Source of the DNA: Epiperipatus broadwayi
Taxonomy: Eukaryota > Animalia > Onychophora
Assembly: GCA_028023455.1 (NCBI GenBank)
Contig: JAQFVV010000008.1
Location: forward strand, 16,864,001 to 16,928,000
Direction: 5' to 3'
Length of the DNA stretch: 64,000 nt
Shown here: positions 52,201-64,000 of the stretch, piece after piece
Layout of the letters: the number at the start of each line of letters is the position of its first letter
Numbering within the stretch: position 1 is the stretch's first letter
The notes under the pieces: generated by a model
What the model saw: only the letters and a program-made list of their open reading frames with translations
What the model was told of the DNA's origin: nothing
Database searches by the model: none
Position numbers and translations under genes: made by a program

Positions 52201-55087
52201 TTCTAAACAAAATATGTATCCAAATATAAAGAAAGGCTTATATAAATTAATAGTAAAACATAAGATAAAAGTTAGTTAATAAATTTTAACATGCATAGAA
52301 AATTTTTAATCTTTGGTATCTTTATTTTTCCATGATGTGTATCTTTATATTATTCTATATATTTTCTTATATAATAATTAATATGTATTATTCACAAATA
52401 AAAAAAAAAATTAGATGTGTATAACATTTTACCAGATTTATTACAATATTTGCTTACTTGTGTTAGAGCATAGTAATTTCTGATTTACATAATAATGTCA
52501 AGTTCAAATGTCGACTGAGAAGAACACCTTATATATTTTTTATTAAATATAATTGAAGAGAATTGTTTAAAAAAAAAAATTAATAAAAAAATTTATTGAA
52601 AACTTTGAATATAACTCATCTCTGGAATAAAGTTGAATATAAAAACTTTTCAAGGCATTAAAACAGCATAGGACTTAATGTAGATAGATGGTAGTATTGA
52701 TCTGGAATACAGAACTTATGACAAGTAATAAACTTTTCACAAAATCTAGAAAGTCCTATAGAAATGACCATAAAATTATCAATTTTGTTATTACTGAAAC
52801 TGATGATTTTTTAGCTGATTAAATTATTGGTTTAAGCTGTATTTTATTTTATCTTAAATAAAATTCTGGTATTCTAGACTTCATCATACAAGTGATGCCA
52901 ACATTTTTTTTATTATATTAGTGTAAACAATTGATTAGATTATTAGTAAATAAACTTCTTATTTTTAAGACCATTGTACATTTTATTTGTCAATATTTTC
53001 TTATAAAAATAGCCTTAATTTTATAATCTTCCATACAGAGTCAAACTGAAGATAGGCATAAGGAAAAAATTACAACTTGATGAGTGGAAAATTTGTTACA
53101 AGAAATGCAAGACTATTAATCTAAAGCTAAATTATTCATATCCTACCAATAACCTTAGAGTTGCATCTGGATATAAAAATAATCAAGGGATTTAACAAAG
53201 TGCTACAGATTAAGAAATTGCCATTCCTGATTTTCCTAATTGATTTTACTGAATGAAGCATTGACTTTAAAACTTCATCATTTATTTCTATGTTTTTTAA
53301 AAAAATTGATTTCTAGTTTATCATTATACATGCTAAATTGCATTCTTTAATGTCTGTATAAAACCATAGATAAAGGTGGGTATCTATCTTTATTGTAAAA
53401 AGATTCAGATTGTTGATTATTATCGGTATTGGTATTATTTAAGTGTTCACTGCTTTCATGTGTTATTTATAATTTAAATGATAAATATAATTGTAAAGTT
53501 TTAACATTTCAAAGTATATTATTTTGTATGACTTACATGAACTCATTCGAAAATAACGCACAATATAAAATGGTCAAAAATTATGTTTTCACTTTTTAAA
53601 TGTTTTATTAAAATGTGTATTTTTTTTTAAGAATGTTGCATTAAGCACACAAATATTCAAATTATTTTCCATTATTTTTCACATAATTTAATATCTGACC
53701 ATCAAAATTGATATTGTTTTTATAAGAAAGATTATCGTTGATTTTCTATTAGTGACAACATATTTAGTTGTGTTAATATCATGAGATTTGTTAGAAATCC
53801 TGAGTCCTTTACTATTTTATAGAAAAAAGATCGTAGAGTTAAGATCTATGATTGCAGGAACCCATTTAATTAGATTACAATAATCAATATGACCTAGTGA
53901 GAATTACCCATCCAGAAAGTTAAATCAAATAATAGGATGCATTAAGAAATGTAAATTTTTATTAATGCACTGTTAAATCAATTTATACAATACATTAAGA
54001 AAAAAGAATATATAAAAAAGCCATAGTTTTGCACAACTCTATTTATGAACAAAATCTGACAAAACAAATGTTTTTGTACTCAGATTCAGGGTGTCAAGCA
54101 AATAGAAGGATATTGAAGATAAGAAACAGCTCTTTTAATTCACTCAATGCAGCAGAATACATATTGAAGTAATAATGTGTTTTTATCTTGAGGATATAAT
54201 TATTTAATTATCTGCCCCTCTACTGCACTTGAGCAGTATCCTGTGTTGTAAACTTGGTACATGTGATTTCTATCTTTTTTAAAACAGAGAGAATTGACTC
54301 AATTTTTGTAAATAGATGTGAAAGCAAAAATGGCAGAGTTCTTCATCAGTATTATGATAATTAGTCTGTGGCATTGCCTTAAATGATGGTAGTACAATGT
54401 GCAGTCTCTGTGGTAACTCAAGAATTATTACAATATTTTTATGTATACAAACAGTAATGTATTTATATATAAACAGTTTTTGCAAAAGTGATAAAAATAG
54501 TAATAAGCCTGTTGGAAATAACAAGCCCACATAATAAGTATTTTTTTAAAAAGTAAAAAACAAAACAAAGATACAGATATTATTAATAAATATATATAAT
54601 TATAGTTAGAAGATTATTGTTTTTTTTTTTTGAACACTCAAATGTCAGTTCTGTTGAACTTATAAAACTAGATTATTTATATATAGTTTATTCAGTTAAG
54701 ATTTAATCCATCTTTAAATCCATTATTTTATCCATATCATGCAGGACAATTGTTTTCTATGAAGCTATGGAATTTTTCAAATGAATTAATATTAATTATA
54801 ACTAAATATTTAACAAAGTTCCATAATTATTGTTCATCTATTAACAATAAATTTCATAAATGAATATTATCAGTATGTTCAAATGATAATTTTGAAAAGC
54901 AGAATCTTGAATAATTTTTAAGTATATAGTAAGTTTATTACATAACTACTTATATAAGATGGAAATGTTCTAATTAAATAATGGCATGAATGAAATATTT
55001 GACCATTTAAAGTTTAATATAATGATTAAAATTTTATTGTATTTTATATAAAATCAAAAAAAAAAAAATGTCTTTTTTATTTTATAG

Positions 55088-56063
55088 ATATGGACAAAAT
55101 GCAGTGTCATTATACAAAATGAGTTTCTGTGTCATTTGGCCAGATATCATAAACTATCATTTGATTCATGCATTCTAAGTTTAAGTAAGACTTGGAATTT
55201 ATTATTCAGTGTAGAACCTCATTCTGATGCATGGAAAGTTATTGGAAAATGGGATGAATTGAAGAAGCTAGAGGCAGCCATCATGAAAGCTCTACAGACA
55301 CCATACAATACTGATGAAGATGCAAACAAAATATATATACAAGAATCGTACTGGAATATGCTTTATTCTCAATATCCTACTGAAATTCTTCAAATTATTT
55401 TTAAAGTATTATTTAAAATAGAAAAAACTCATAATTCTCTGAGTATTAGTATTAATCATAATAATGATTCTGATTTAAAAAGGGACCTTAATAACTTTTT
55501 TGATAAAAATGCTAACAAGTTTTTTGATAATGCTTATGGAGAAAAATCTTCAAAACAAATAGATAATTCTTATCATTATGATCATTCAGATAGTATTGCT
55601 AATGTCTCAGCAAAACCATTGGATCAGAATACACAAATAAAAAATGAACAAATTACTGCTTTAGTCAAAGGTGATTTCAGTTTCTTAAATTCAGTTCACA
55701 TATTTATTTGTCAAGGAGATATTACAAAAGAGCGAGTTGATGTAATAGTAAATGCTTCTAACTGTGATTTAAATCATCGTGGTACTGGAGTTGCTCGAGC
55801 TATAAGCACTGCTAGTAAAGATGGTAGTGTTCAAAAGTTTTGTGATAATTATGTCAAAAAATATGGGAAAGTTCCTGTTGGAAATTTTGTGGCTTCTTCA
55901 GCTGGAAAACTCCTGTGTTCAAAAATTTACCATGCTGTAGGACCTGATTGGGAATCATATGGTGAAAATTCAAAAAATATACTGGATGATTTATTTTTTA
56001 AACTTTTTAAGTCAGCAGATGATGCTAAAGTCTCTTCAATGGCTTTACCACTTATCAGCTCTG
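55088..56063 (+). CDS. Large exon of a PARP14/PARP9-like protein: KH-like segment, low-complexity linker and first macrodomain (ADP-ribose binding/hydrolase family)
   Basis: TTTTTATAG acceptor at 55086-87; open frame from IWTKC. Macro motifs QGDITKERVDVIVNASNCDLNHRGTGVARAI, AGKLLCSKIYHAVGP and SSMALPLISSG, close to PARP14 macro1 (VVVNASNEDLKHYGGLAAA). Probable donor G|GTATTT at 56064; the ORF track reads on to 56101. Confidence 0.88.
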
Positions 56064-56261
56064 GTATTTATACATTTCATTTAATTTTAAATTTTATTTA
56101 AATTTGTAAATTAATACACTGTACGGGCTTACACACACCTGTACAATATAATGTAATATATAAGGGATTCGAACTCAGACTTTCACACAAGCCTCAGCTC
56201 TTCCTGCCATCTCATATTGCTAACCGATCTGATCATACACATGTTGAAAAGATAAATAATC

Positions 56262-56305
56262 ACCAATATACATATTTCATGCTAAACCAGCAATCATCAG
56301 TTTGT
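56262..56305 (-). ncRNA. Minimal type I hammerhead ribozyme motif (left arm)
   Basis: ACAAA-CTGATGA-TTGCTGGTTTAGCAT-GAA-ATATGTAT-A^TTGGT: stem II intact (TGCT/AGCA), one mismatch in stem I. Confidence 0.65.
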
Positions 56306-56539
56306 CCAGATTACTATCTCTACACATATATACAATCAGTGCTCAGCTTTATATTAAGATAGCCAATTTTCATACTTTAATGGGTGTGGGCTTTGAATGT
56401 TCCATCATCAGATTTTCAATGAAATGGATGGCTGAAGAGTTGTGAGTAATTTGAAGCCTGTCCATTAAAGTATGAAGATTGGCTATCTTAATATAAAGCT
56501 GAGCACTGATTGTATATATTTGTGGAGATAGTAATCTGG

Positions 56540-56583
56540 ACCAACTGATGATTGCTGGTTTAACATGAAATACGTATATTGGT
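56540..56583 (+). ncRNA. Minimal type I hammerhead ribozyme motif (right arm)
   Basis: ACCAA-CTGATGA-TTGCTGGTTTAACAT-GAA-ATACGTAT-A^TTGGT: 5-bp stem I, full core, palindromic helix III and AUA cleavage triplet. Stem II has one mismatch and a U.U closing pair. Confidence 0.7.
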
Positions 56584-57279
56584 GATTATTTATCTTTTCA
56601 ACATGTGTATGATCAGATGGGTCAGTAATATGAGATGGCATGGAGAGCTGAGGCTCATGTGAAATTCTGAGTTTGAGTCCCTTATATATTAAATTTGTAA
56701 ACTGGTTAAATATTAAATATGATAATTCATATTAGCATTAGTCCTTTTGAAATGATTAAATATACAAAAATTACTAATAATATTTATTAATTGGTATTAT
56801 TATTATTTATTGCAATATCAGTATAATTATTATATGATATCATTGCAATTATTAGTATTTATTCAAGTATTTGTCTAAATATAATATGTGAAGTTTTCTA
56901 ATGAGAAAAAAAGTGATATTTTGCTTTGTTGCTAGAAAAAGTTGACTTTGCTTAATTAGAATTCTCTACTACATCCTACTTTCAGCTTGTCTTCCCAATA
57001 AATATCTTTGAGATAATTTTTATAATATAAATGAAGTATGCCTTTTCCTTGAAAATTGTGCTGCTTAAGTTTTTTATAAAAATAAGTCTATTACTATTCA
57101 CTTTGTTGTGTATTTACCCATGATTCTTGAATGGGCAAACCACAATTAATTAATAACTAAAACTAATTTAGTACTAAGGATTTAATATATATGTTATATA
57201 AAAACAAAACTAGAATATATACACAACATAAATATAATTAACATACAGAAAAATAAATGATCACGGAGTGCTAAAAGTC

Positions 57280-59845
57280 TTTAAACACTTCCAATTTCAT
57301 CACTGTTTTCCTCGATTAACTGGTTTTCCTCTGCCTTTCTTCCTGTGATGCTTCTTTCATCACTCTCCATCTTCTGCATATTTGTATCTTGTCACATTTC
57401 CAGCTGCAATTCCCCTGGCTCTCTTTTCTTTATATGGTTCATATTTGATTTGACAATATTTTGTCTATTAATTTCTTTATCCATTTTTTTCATATAACAT
57501 CTCTCACCCATACAGGCTCACCAACTCTAAACAATTTGCTTGGCTTCACCTTTGGAACACTAATCTTTTTGTTAGGATACAAAAATGCCAATTTAGTCCT
57601 TAGTTTATGTCCACACCTTAATTCTTTTAGAGATTTTCCTGTTGCTGTAAATGACATTGAATGTTGATATAGCATAAATGTCAGTAATGTGTCTTGCATT
57701 TCTATGTTACTCTTTTTTTTTAAAATTTCTCTTTAATTGCTGTACTGCATTCTCTTCTAATCCATTTGATATGAAGGTGTGCACACTTAATGGAATCCCA
57801 CAGGTACTTAAAAACTGTCGTAATTTCCTCTCCAGTAAACCCTGCTCCATTATCTGAAACCATCACTTCTGGGAAACCTAGTATCGAGAAAACAATCTTT
57901 AAATACGTAATTGTTTTCAGGGCACTAATATCTTTCACTATATGGCATTCTATCCATCTTGTGAATGCATCTGTAATTATCAGCAGAATTTTTCCTTTCT
58001 CTGGTCCTGCATGATCAATATGCACTCACTCCAATTCTTTTATTGCCTTCAGCTGCAAAACATTTTGCTGGTAGTGCACTTTCTGATTGACATGCCGAAT
58101 AACCTTTAATATAGTTTTCTATGCGCCAAAGCTTTCACATGCACTATGCCTTGATGCCCTTAATGGAAAAGCTTTAAAACTTTATTCCTTTCTGTAGGCA
58201 GTATGACTACTTTATCCCCCATTATTATACATCTTCTACAAACAGATACCTACTATCTATTAGCCCAAAACCCTACTGCTCATAACTAGGTCTAGTTTTA
58301 GGCCAGCCCTTTTTAATCCAATTCATTATAATATTATACCCTTTTCCTTCCCTAGTTCACTTTTGGATATTACTATTTAACACTTGTAAGTTCATTCTGT
58401 CAATATAGTTAACCTCAAACTCACTATTGCATATCTCTTGCCTATCTGGAAATCTTGACAACGCATCTGCTTGCAAGATTTTTTCCCCCTGTTTATATTT
58501 TAATGAATAATCACATGCAGCTAACCCATTCCACTATCATAACATATGTAGATTTAAGTGTTCAAATGCTGCATGATAATTTTTTAACTCCTCAGAAAAT
58601 AATTTAAGATACCTATTTAACATTTCCTGCTCGATGGAAATATTTTAACCATTAATATGTTAACACCTAACTTCTTAAACCACTCTCTACCTATTATAGG
58701 ACTTATTTATCCTTTAGTAATATATTGGCAAAGAATATATTTTATTTCTATATGAAATTGGAGCAACTAATGCTAGCGAGTTTCCACTTACATCTTTAAC
58801 TTTTATATCGTAATTTTTTATTTTAACCTCCTTATAATCTTTTGCTATTTCATTCCATTGGTTTTTGGACACCATGAAATCCTGAACCACTATCAATCTC
58901 CATTTTCTGTTCTGTGCTATATATTTTAAGTATTAGCATATATTGATTTTGCCAATGCAAAATCATACTCCTTTTTTAATATTAAATTTGCCTTGCTTAC
59001 CTCCCTTTTGTTTGGTTATTTTTCTTTTATCATTTGGCCTGGGTTTTTTGCAAATTGTTGCTAAATGTCCTCTATTGTCGCATTTAAAACAGCTTTCTCG
59101 ATGCCATTTACAATTCTTCATGAAATGTCCTGTTTTCCCACAACAAAAACATTTCCTAAAGATATTGGTTTGCTACTTGATTTATAATTTCTCTGTGGCC
59201 TGCTTTTATTTATTTTATAAACTGCCATTCTGCCTTATCCGCTTTACTCCTGAAAGCGAGAGCTTACTCAATTAATTCATATGCAATCCCTCTTTGATTG
59301 CTAATTCATAAGACAACTCTGTTTCAGTCAATAACATTTGTCTTAACCTTTCATCTGCCATTCCCCATAGCAATTGGTCTTACAAAACCTGTTCACCAAA
59401 TTCCCCATATTGACACTTTTTTACTAGCTGGCATAACACTATATCAAAGTCCTTTATTTTTTTCTCTTTTTGCCTGTCTTCTATTTCAGAGTGCCAACCT
59501 AGTGATATCCCTAGATGTCTGCAGGCTAAAATGCTCTGTTAACTTATTACTGCCTCCGTTATAGGTCTGTCAAATAACTTATTAATGATTTCAAATACTT
59601 TCCTTCCTGGCAAACACAACAAAGCTGCTACCTTTCTACTATTATCACTTACGCCATTAAGCTTGAAAAAATTTTCAAGTTGCGTCACATATAAAAGGCA
59701 TTTCCTACATCGAATTCAGAGATATTACCTTGACCTATCGACATTTTATCTGTCGATCAAGTTATAAATCTATACAATTGCTTGATAATTCTAGTCCTGC
59801 TGTACTGTTGCTTTCCCTATCGGGTTCGAATTTCTGACTGCACCA
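57280..59845 (-). mobile_element. Degenerate Ty3/Gypsy (K02A2.6-like) internal region PBS-gag-PR-(RH end)-IN, without LTRs and without RT
   Basis: Long tRNA-Ser-like PBS TGGTGCAGTCAGAAATTCGAACC (59845-59823); knuckles CFCCGKTGHFMKNC..CFKCDNRGHLATIC; protease MEIDSGS; ADALSRFP; integrase HIDHAGP..DAFTRWIE..VSDNG (57720-58025). Confidence 0.88.
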
Positions 59846-60710
59846 TTTCCTAAAAATCCCCAATAGTAATAATTTCAAAACTATGCCTGAAAACAAACTG
59901 ATATTTTTTTCACTGTGAAAATGATAGCCAGAGCTTCTTTGTCAATTTGACTGTAATTATGCTCTGCTTTTGACAATATTCTGGACACAGGCCACAGACC
60001 ACTCAATATTATCTATAGGTGAGCTTCAATAGCCCCTAACCCCCATCTGATGCATCAGTAGTAATTCTAACTTCACTCTCACTATCAAAATGGACCAACA
60101 AAGTATCAGATAATAACAGCTCTTTAGTTTTTTCAATAGTCCTATCTTGAATTTCTGACCAAACCCAACTTTGCCCTTTGCACAATAACTCGTACAATGA
60201 TTTTGCCACCATCACCTTATTCTTTAAAAATGGCTCAAAAAAATTTAACTAGCCCTAAAAACGCATGAAGCTGTTTTACATTCTTAGGCCTTTCAGCATT
60301 TCTAACACCCTGACTTTGTCCATTAATGGACATTTTACTTTATCTGAAATGCAGTAACCAGAAATTTTAACTCTTGTTTCTTCCATACACACTTTTACGG
60401 ATTAACTTAACCCCCGCCTTATTTAATTTATCACAAACTTTCAAAATTCTCTTTTTTAATAATTCACTAGATGTTGCTATTATCAAAATGTCATTGTAAT
60501 AAGGCATTACCTTTTTTAACGCTTGTAACAATACATTTAACTTGGCCTGGAAAATGTTCAGTGCTATAGCATTTCTGAATGATCAATGATTACATTTGAA
60601 CAGCCCAAACGGTGTGGTTAATGTCAATATTCTTGCTGATTTGTCTGTAACTTTAATTTGATGATAAGCGGAGTTGAGGTGCAATTTGGCAAAACTTCAT
60701 TGGAGATGTG
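59846..60710 (-). mobile_element. Ty3/Gypsy RT (from FAKLHL..AYHQI) plus RNase H N-terminal fragment
   Basis: FAKLHLNSAYHQI..LTTPFGLF..IFQ, PYYNDILI, VKFLG, ITTDASDGG, SRILSKAEHNYSQIDKEALAIIF and LLGIFRK; fused directly to the PBS at 59845. Confidence 0.85.
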
Positions 60711-61689
60711 CTTTACAATAATTATTGTTATGTATTATTCTTTTATTGTATGCATTTTTTTGATTCTATATTATTATTGCATTCTCTGATTTAATTATAT
60801 TTAGGTCATCCTCAGGGATTTTTAAAAAAATATAATATAGCTTATTTTTGTTGCTTACAAAAATAACATGGATTAAAGTTCAACTTTGTCACCTTGAATT
60901 TTATGCAAGTTACCATTTGTTTTTTATTAAAGAGAACAAATTATATATTTTAAACTAAAATGATTAAGAGTGAATTGTATATTCTCAGTTGCCTTTTTAT
61001 ATTTATTGCACTTAATGTCATTGTAATTCTTATCCTCCTATTAAGAGTTTGTTGTGTGTCAATTTTAAAATCAATTACACAAAATTTACTTTTATGAAAG
61101 TTCAAAGGGTTATTTTTTAAACATTTAAAAAACACTAATCATTGATTATCTTTTATATTTCTTTATCAAGTGTTTATGTATATTTTTCCAACATTGGAAT
61201 TGTTTCATTATTGTAAATCTAGATTGAAAGTTTTAAATTATTTTAGTAACAATTTTGTGACTTACAGTAACTTAATTGATATTTTCTACTAGATTAAGGT
61301 TCTCTATATTTCCCCAACACTTAAAAAAAAAAAGATTTACAAAATTAAACATTTTTGGGTTATAAATTCCTATCACTTGATAATTAGATTAGATAATTTT
61401 TTTGGTCTCTCATAATTTTTGAAAATCATATGATTTCTAAGACTTATTATTCAACTGCTTATCTTCAGTCAGAGATGATAAATTCAAACTAGACTGGAGT
61501 CCAGACAGATTTAATAGTATTGAATACATGCTAGACCAGACCTGAAAAAGTTTAAATATATATATAGAGAACATTAATTTTCATAATTATACTATGGATT
61601 AATATTCAAACAATTATTTAAACTTAAAACATTTTGTAGTGAAATTTTCCAAATTGTGTTTAACTGAATTGCACTTGGATTAAACTTCT

Positions 61690-61830
61690 GCTTCATCATC
61701 ATTTACACTATTATCTATCCACTGCAAGATATAATGTTCTTAGTTTATACCAAAACTTTAGATTCATAGTTTTTTCCCTCCATTTTATACCATCCCAGAA
61801 AAGTTTTTTTTAAATCAGGTTAATGTATGG
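61690..61830 (-). mobile_element. Old RTE-like 3' end (minus strand); decayed body may extend to ~63300
   Basis: ATCTTGCAGTGGATAGATAAT..TGATGATG on the minus strand matches the RTE 3' terminus seen at 24700 and 28390. Confidence 0.5.
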
Positions 61831-64000
61831 AATACATTAACCATTTGTTCAATGAGTGTGATTTGTAACAATAAAAAAAAGCTGAATTTTTTTTAGTGAT
61901 AGACAATTAATCCCCTTGGAAACATAGAATGCTTTGAGAATATTACTACTGTATATTATAATCTTCAAAAAAGTTCTCAAATTATAAAGAATATTTTCAT
62001 CAGAAAGATGGAAAAACTTTGATAGGTTTTATTAATACAAGTCTGTTAATTTTTATAGATAATCTATAAAAATAATTATTAATAAAATAGACTAAGTATC
62101 ACGATTCTTAATAATGACTTGAGAGGTTTTAGTGATTGAGCAAAAATTCTCTAAAAGTCACTCACTTCCTGGAAACTTCTAAATCCTTATTTTTAGTAGT
62201 AATTATTTAGATTTGTTGTTTTAAGTTGAAATGAAATGGTTTGAGACTTTCAAAGCATTTGTGAGTTTTGAGCTAAGTATAGCTTTTATAATATAATGTA
62301 GATTATATCTGTAGCAATATGCAAAAGATCCTGGGAAAATTTATTTTGCAATCTTTTGGTATATAAAGTTTTCTACAGCCATTAATGCTGAATAATTTGG
62401 ATTTAAACAGAAAGGAGATGTGATTGTTATTAGGTATGAAATAATCATTTCAAGATTTGGAAGACTGGAAATGACCAATAGTGTTTGTGAGTCTGAAATA
62501 TCAGCTTTTTACAGTTTGGATCTGCATGATTGTTCTGAAATAAATTAATTTATTACAAAATGTTTTTAAACAAATTATTTGTTTTCTAAATAGGGCAATG
62601 TCTTTAGCAGATTCAGCAACTTTCATCCTTTCTTTTTTTTTAAAAAAAAATTAACAAAACATTATTTTCTTCTTTTATTTTTGAGGTTCAGGAGTTTAAG
62701 TTAACAATTAGTCTTTCAAAAAATACTATGATAACTTTATTCCTATAATATAAGAAATTAAAGGTAATACTAAAACTGCTTCATACATGAAACCTCTTGA
62801 AAACATTAAATAAAACCTTAATTATTTTTAATGCTGAACATGTTTGGCAAGGCATAATGGTTGCCTTTAACAATAGTACTCAGCATTGAAAATGCACTAA
62901 GTTTATGTTTCATGTTTTTAATATTTTCTCCATATTTAAATCAGTATTAGAATTATAATTAATGGTTTTTTTATTTTTGAATTTTTGCCTTATGTGCTGG
63001 TGTTAAACATTTGCAAATCAGTTTTACATAGTAACATTTATTAATTATAAGAAAGATTAAAGAAAAGTACTATTTTTCAATATTTTAACTATTATTTTTA
63101 TATTCAAATGGGAAGAAAAATATTCATTTCCATACTTTATAATACAATTACATTAAATCTTTTAAACAGATTGCAGTTTTGAAATAAATATTAGTCCAAA
63201 TGTAATCCAACATTGGTCGTATTTTGGTGTTTTCATTTTCTTCTGTATTAATAAATTATCAAGATATTTGTAATTGTTAATTTTCTCTATGCTAAAACCA
63301 ACTTTAAATTCAGTTTTTTTTGGGGGTGGTGGTGGGTTGATTTAGTGTTCATAATTCACAAAATAAATTGCAATGATATTAAAGACATTGTATAAAATTA
63401 ATAGAATGTGTATAAATAAAACACATGCTTTTCTTCTTTATAAATCTTGTTTTATTATATGAACTATTATAAAATAAATAAATAACACCCCAATGTTGCA
63501 ACTGTATTTTTTATAGTCTTTATAAAGACTATAAAAAAATATAATCGAAACATTGATGAAAACTATAAAAAAATATAGTCGAAACATTGGAGTATTATTT
63601 ATTTATTTTATAATAATTCATAAGTAAAACAAGATTTATAAAAAAAAAAAAGAGCATGTGTTTTTTATTACATATTGAAATTAATGGGCTATTTTTAAAA
63701 TAGAAGACTATGTTTGTTAGTTAGTGATTTAATTTATTTGAATTAATAGAAGACTGATGGATATAAAATATCTGATATCTTCATTTTCATCTTTTTTAAA
63801 TATTACTACTATTCTTTACCTATTATCTAATACATCTTTCTCATTTAAGCATTTGATATATAGCTTTGCCAACAATTTCTTTATTTCTTTTTTTTTTTAA
63901 ATAATGATGATTCTGCAGTTTCTAATAGATTTTAGTTGCATGTCTCAGTTCTTAATTTAAAATAGTTGGCAGTGTACAATATTGTAATTGTGGAAGCTAT

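Larger units (their letters stand above)
56111..56688. mobile_element. Fold-back insertion (~235-bp inverted arms, ~60-bp spacer) with a 13-bp TSD; Penelope-like pseudo-LTR/retrozyme candidate
   Basis: 56154-~56395 is the reverse complement of ~56455-56691 (about 88%). TTAAATTTGTAAA occurs at 56098-56110 and 56689-56701. Each arm contains a hammerhead motif. Confidence 0.75.

Noticed and set aside
53041-53200. Candidate exon after TTCCATACAG
   Set aside because: No convincing donor before the stop, incompatible phase and no domain similarity.
54084-54168. Candidate extra exon (CAG|ATTCAGGG...TTGAA|GTAATA)
   Set aside because: Its only open frame is phase 1 in and phase 2 out, incompatible with the flanking phase-0 junction; no recognisable motif.
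46210-55080. Short 60-83-aa ORFs in AT-rich DNA (47349, 49597, 54279) and similar ones across the window
   Set aside because: F/I/L/K/Y-rich compositions expected by chance in AT-rich sequence; no motifs.
62379-62433. Candidate next exon after the macrodomain (..AAAGGAGATGTG..AG|GTATGA)
   Set aside because: No phase-1 frame gives the expected G(I/V)FGFP continuation, and the region looks like decayed minus-strand LINE.

Overview
AT-rich metazoan genomic DNA (probably an invertebrate; species cannot be called from the sequence). There is no prokaryotic gene or CRISPR content. The host gene is a PARP14/PARP9-like gene on the + strand, with three phase-compatible exons (14083-14254 RRM-like, 34924-34997, 55088-56063 KH-like plus macrodomain) split by two ~20-kb introns full of transposon remnants. 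Mobile elements: a young pol-less LTR retroelement (1-6031, minus) with ~2-kb minisatellite-filled LTRs, four tandem LTR-end+PBS modules and an orphan coiled-coil ORF; a hAT (Buster/Charlie-type) transposon (10131-12739); three Ty3/Gypsy (Mag/K02A2.6-like) relics that all lack RT; several RTE-clade LINE copies; solo-LTR fragments; and a tRNA-Gly(TCC) pseudogene. Most unusual structures: (i) the tandem att/PBS cassette; (ii) a 1.25-kb inverted duplication (22011-23259 / 28390-29638) whose outer ends carry ~70-bp-periodic CTCF-like motif arrays in convergent orientation around a stack of RTE copies; (iii) a fold-back insert (56111-56688) with a minimal type I hammerhead ribozyme motif in each arm, just downstream of the macrodomain exon; (iv) a 1.1-kb palindrome of 326-bp units with a 15-bp TSD. 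All alignments and identities were judged by eye; no searches were run.
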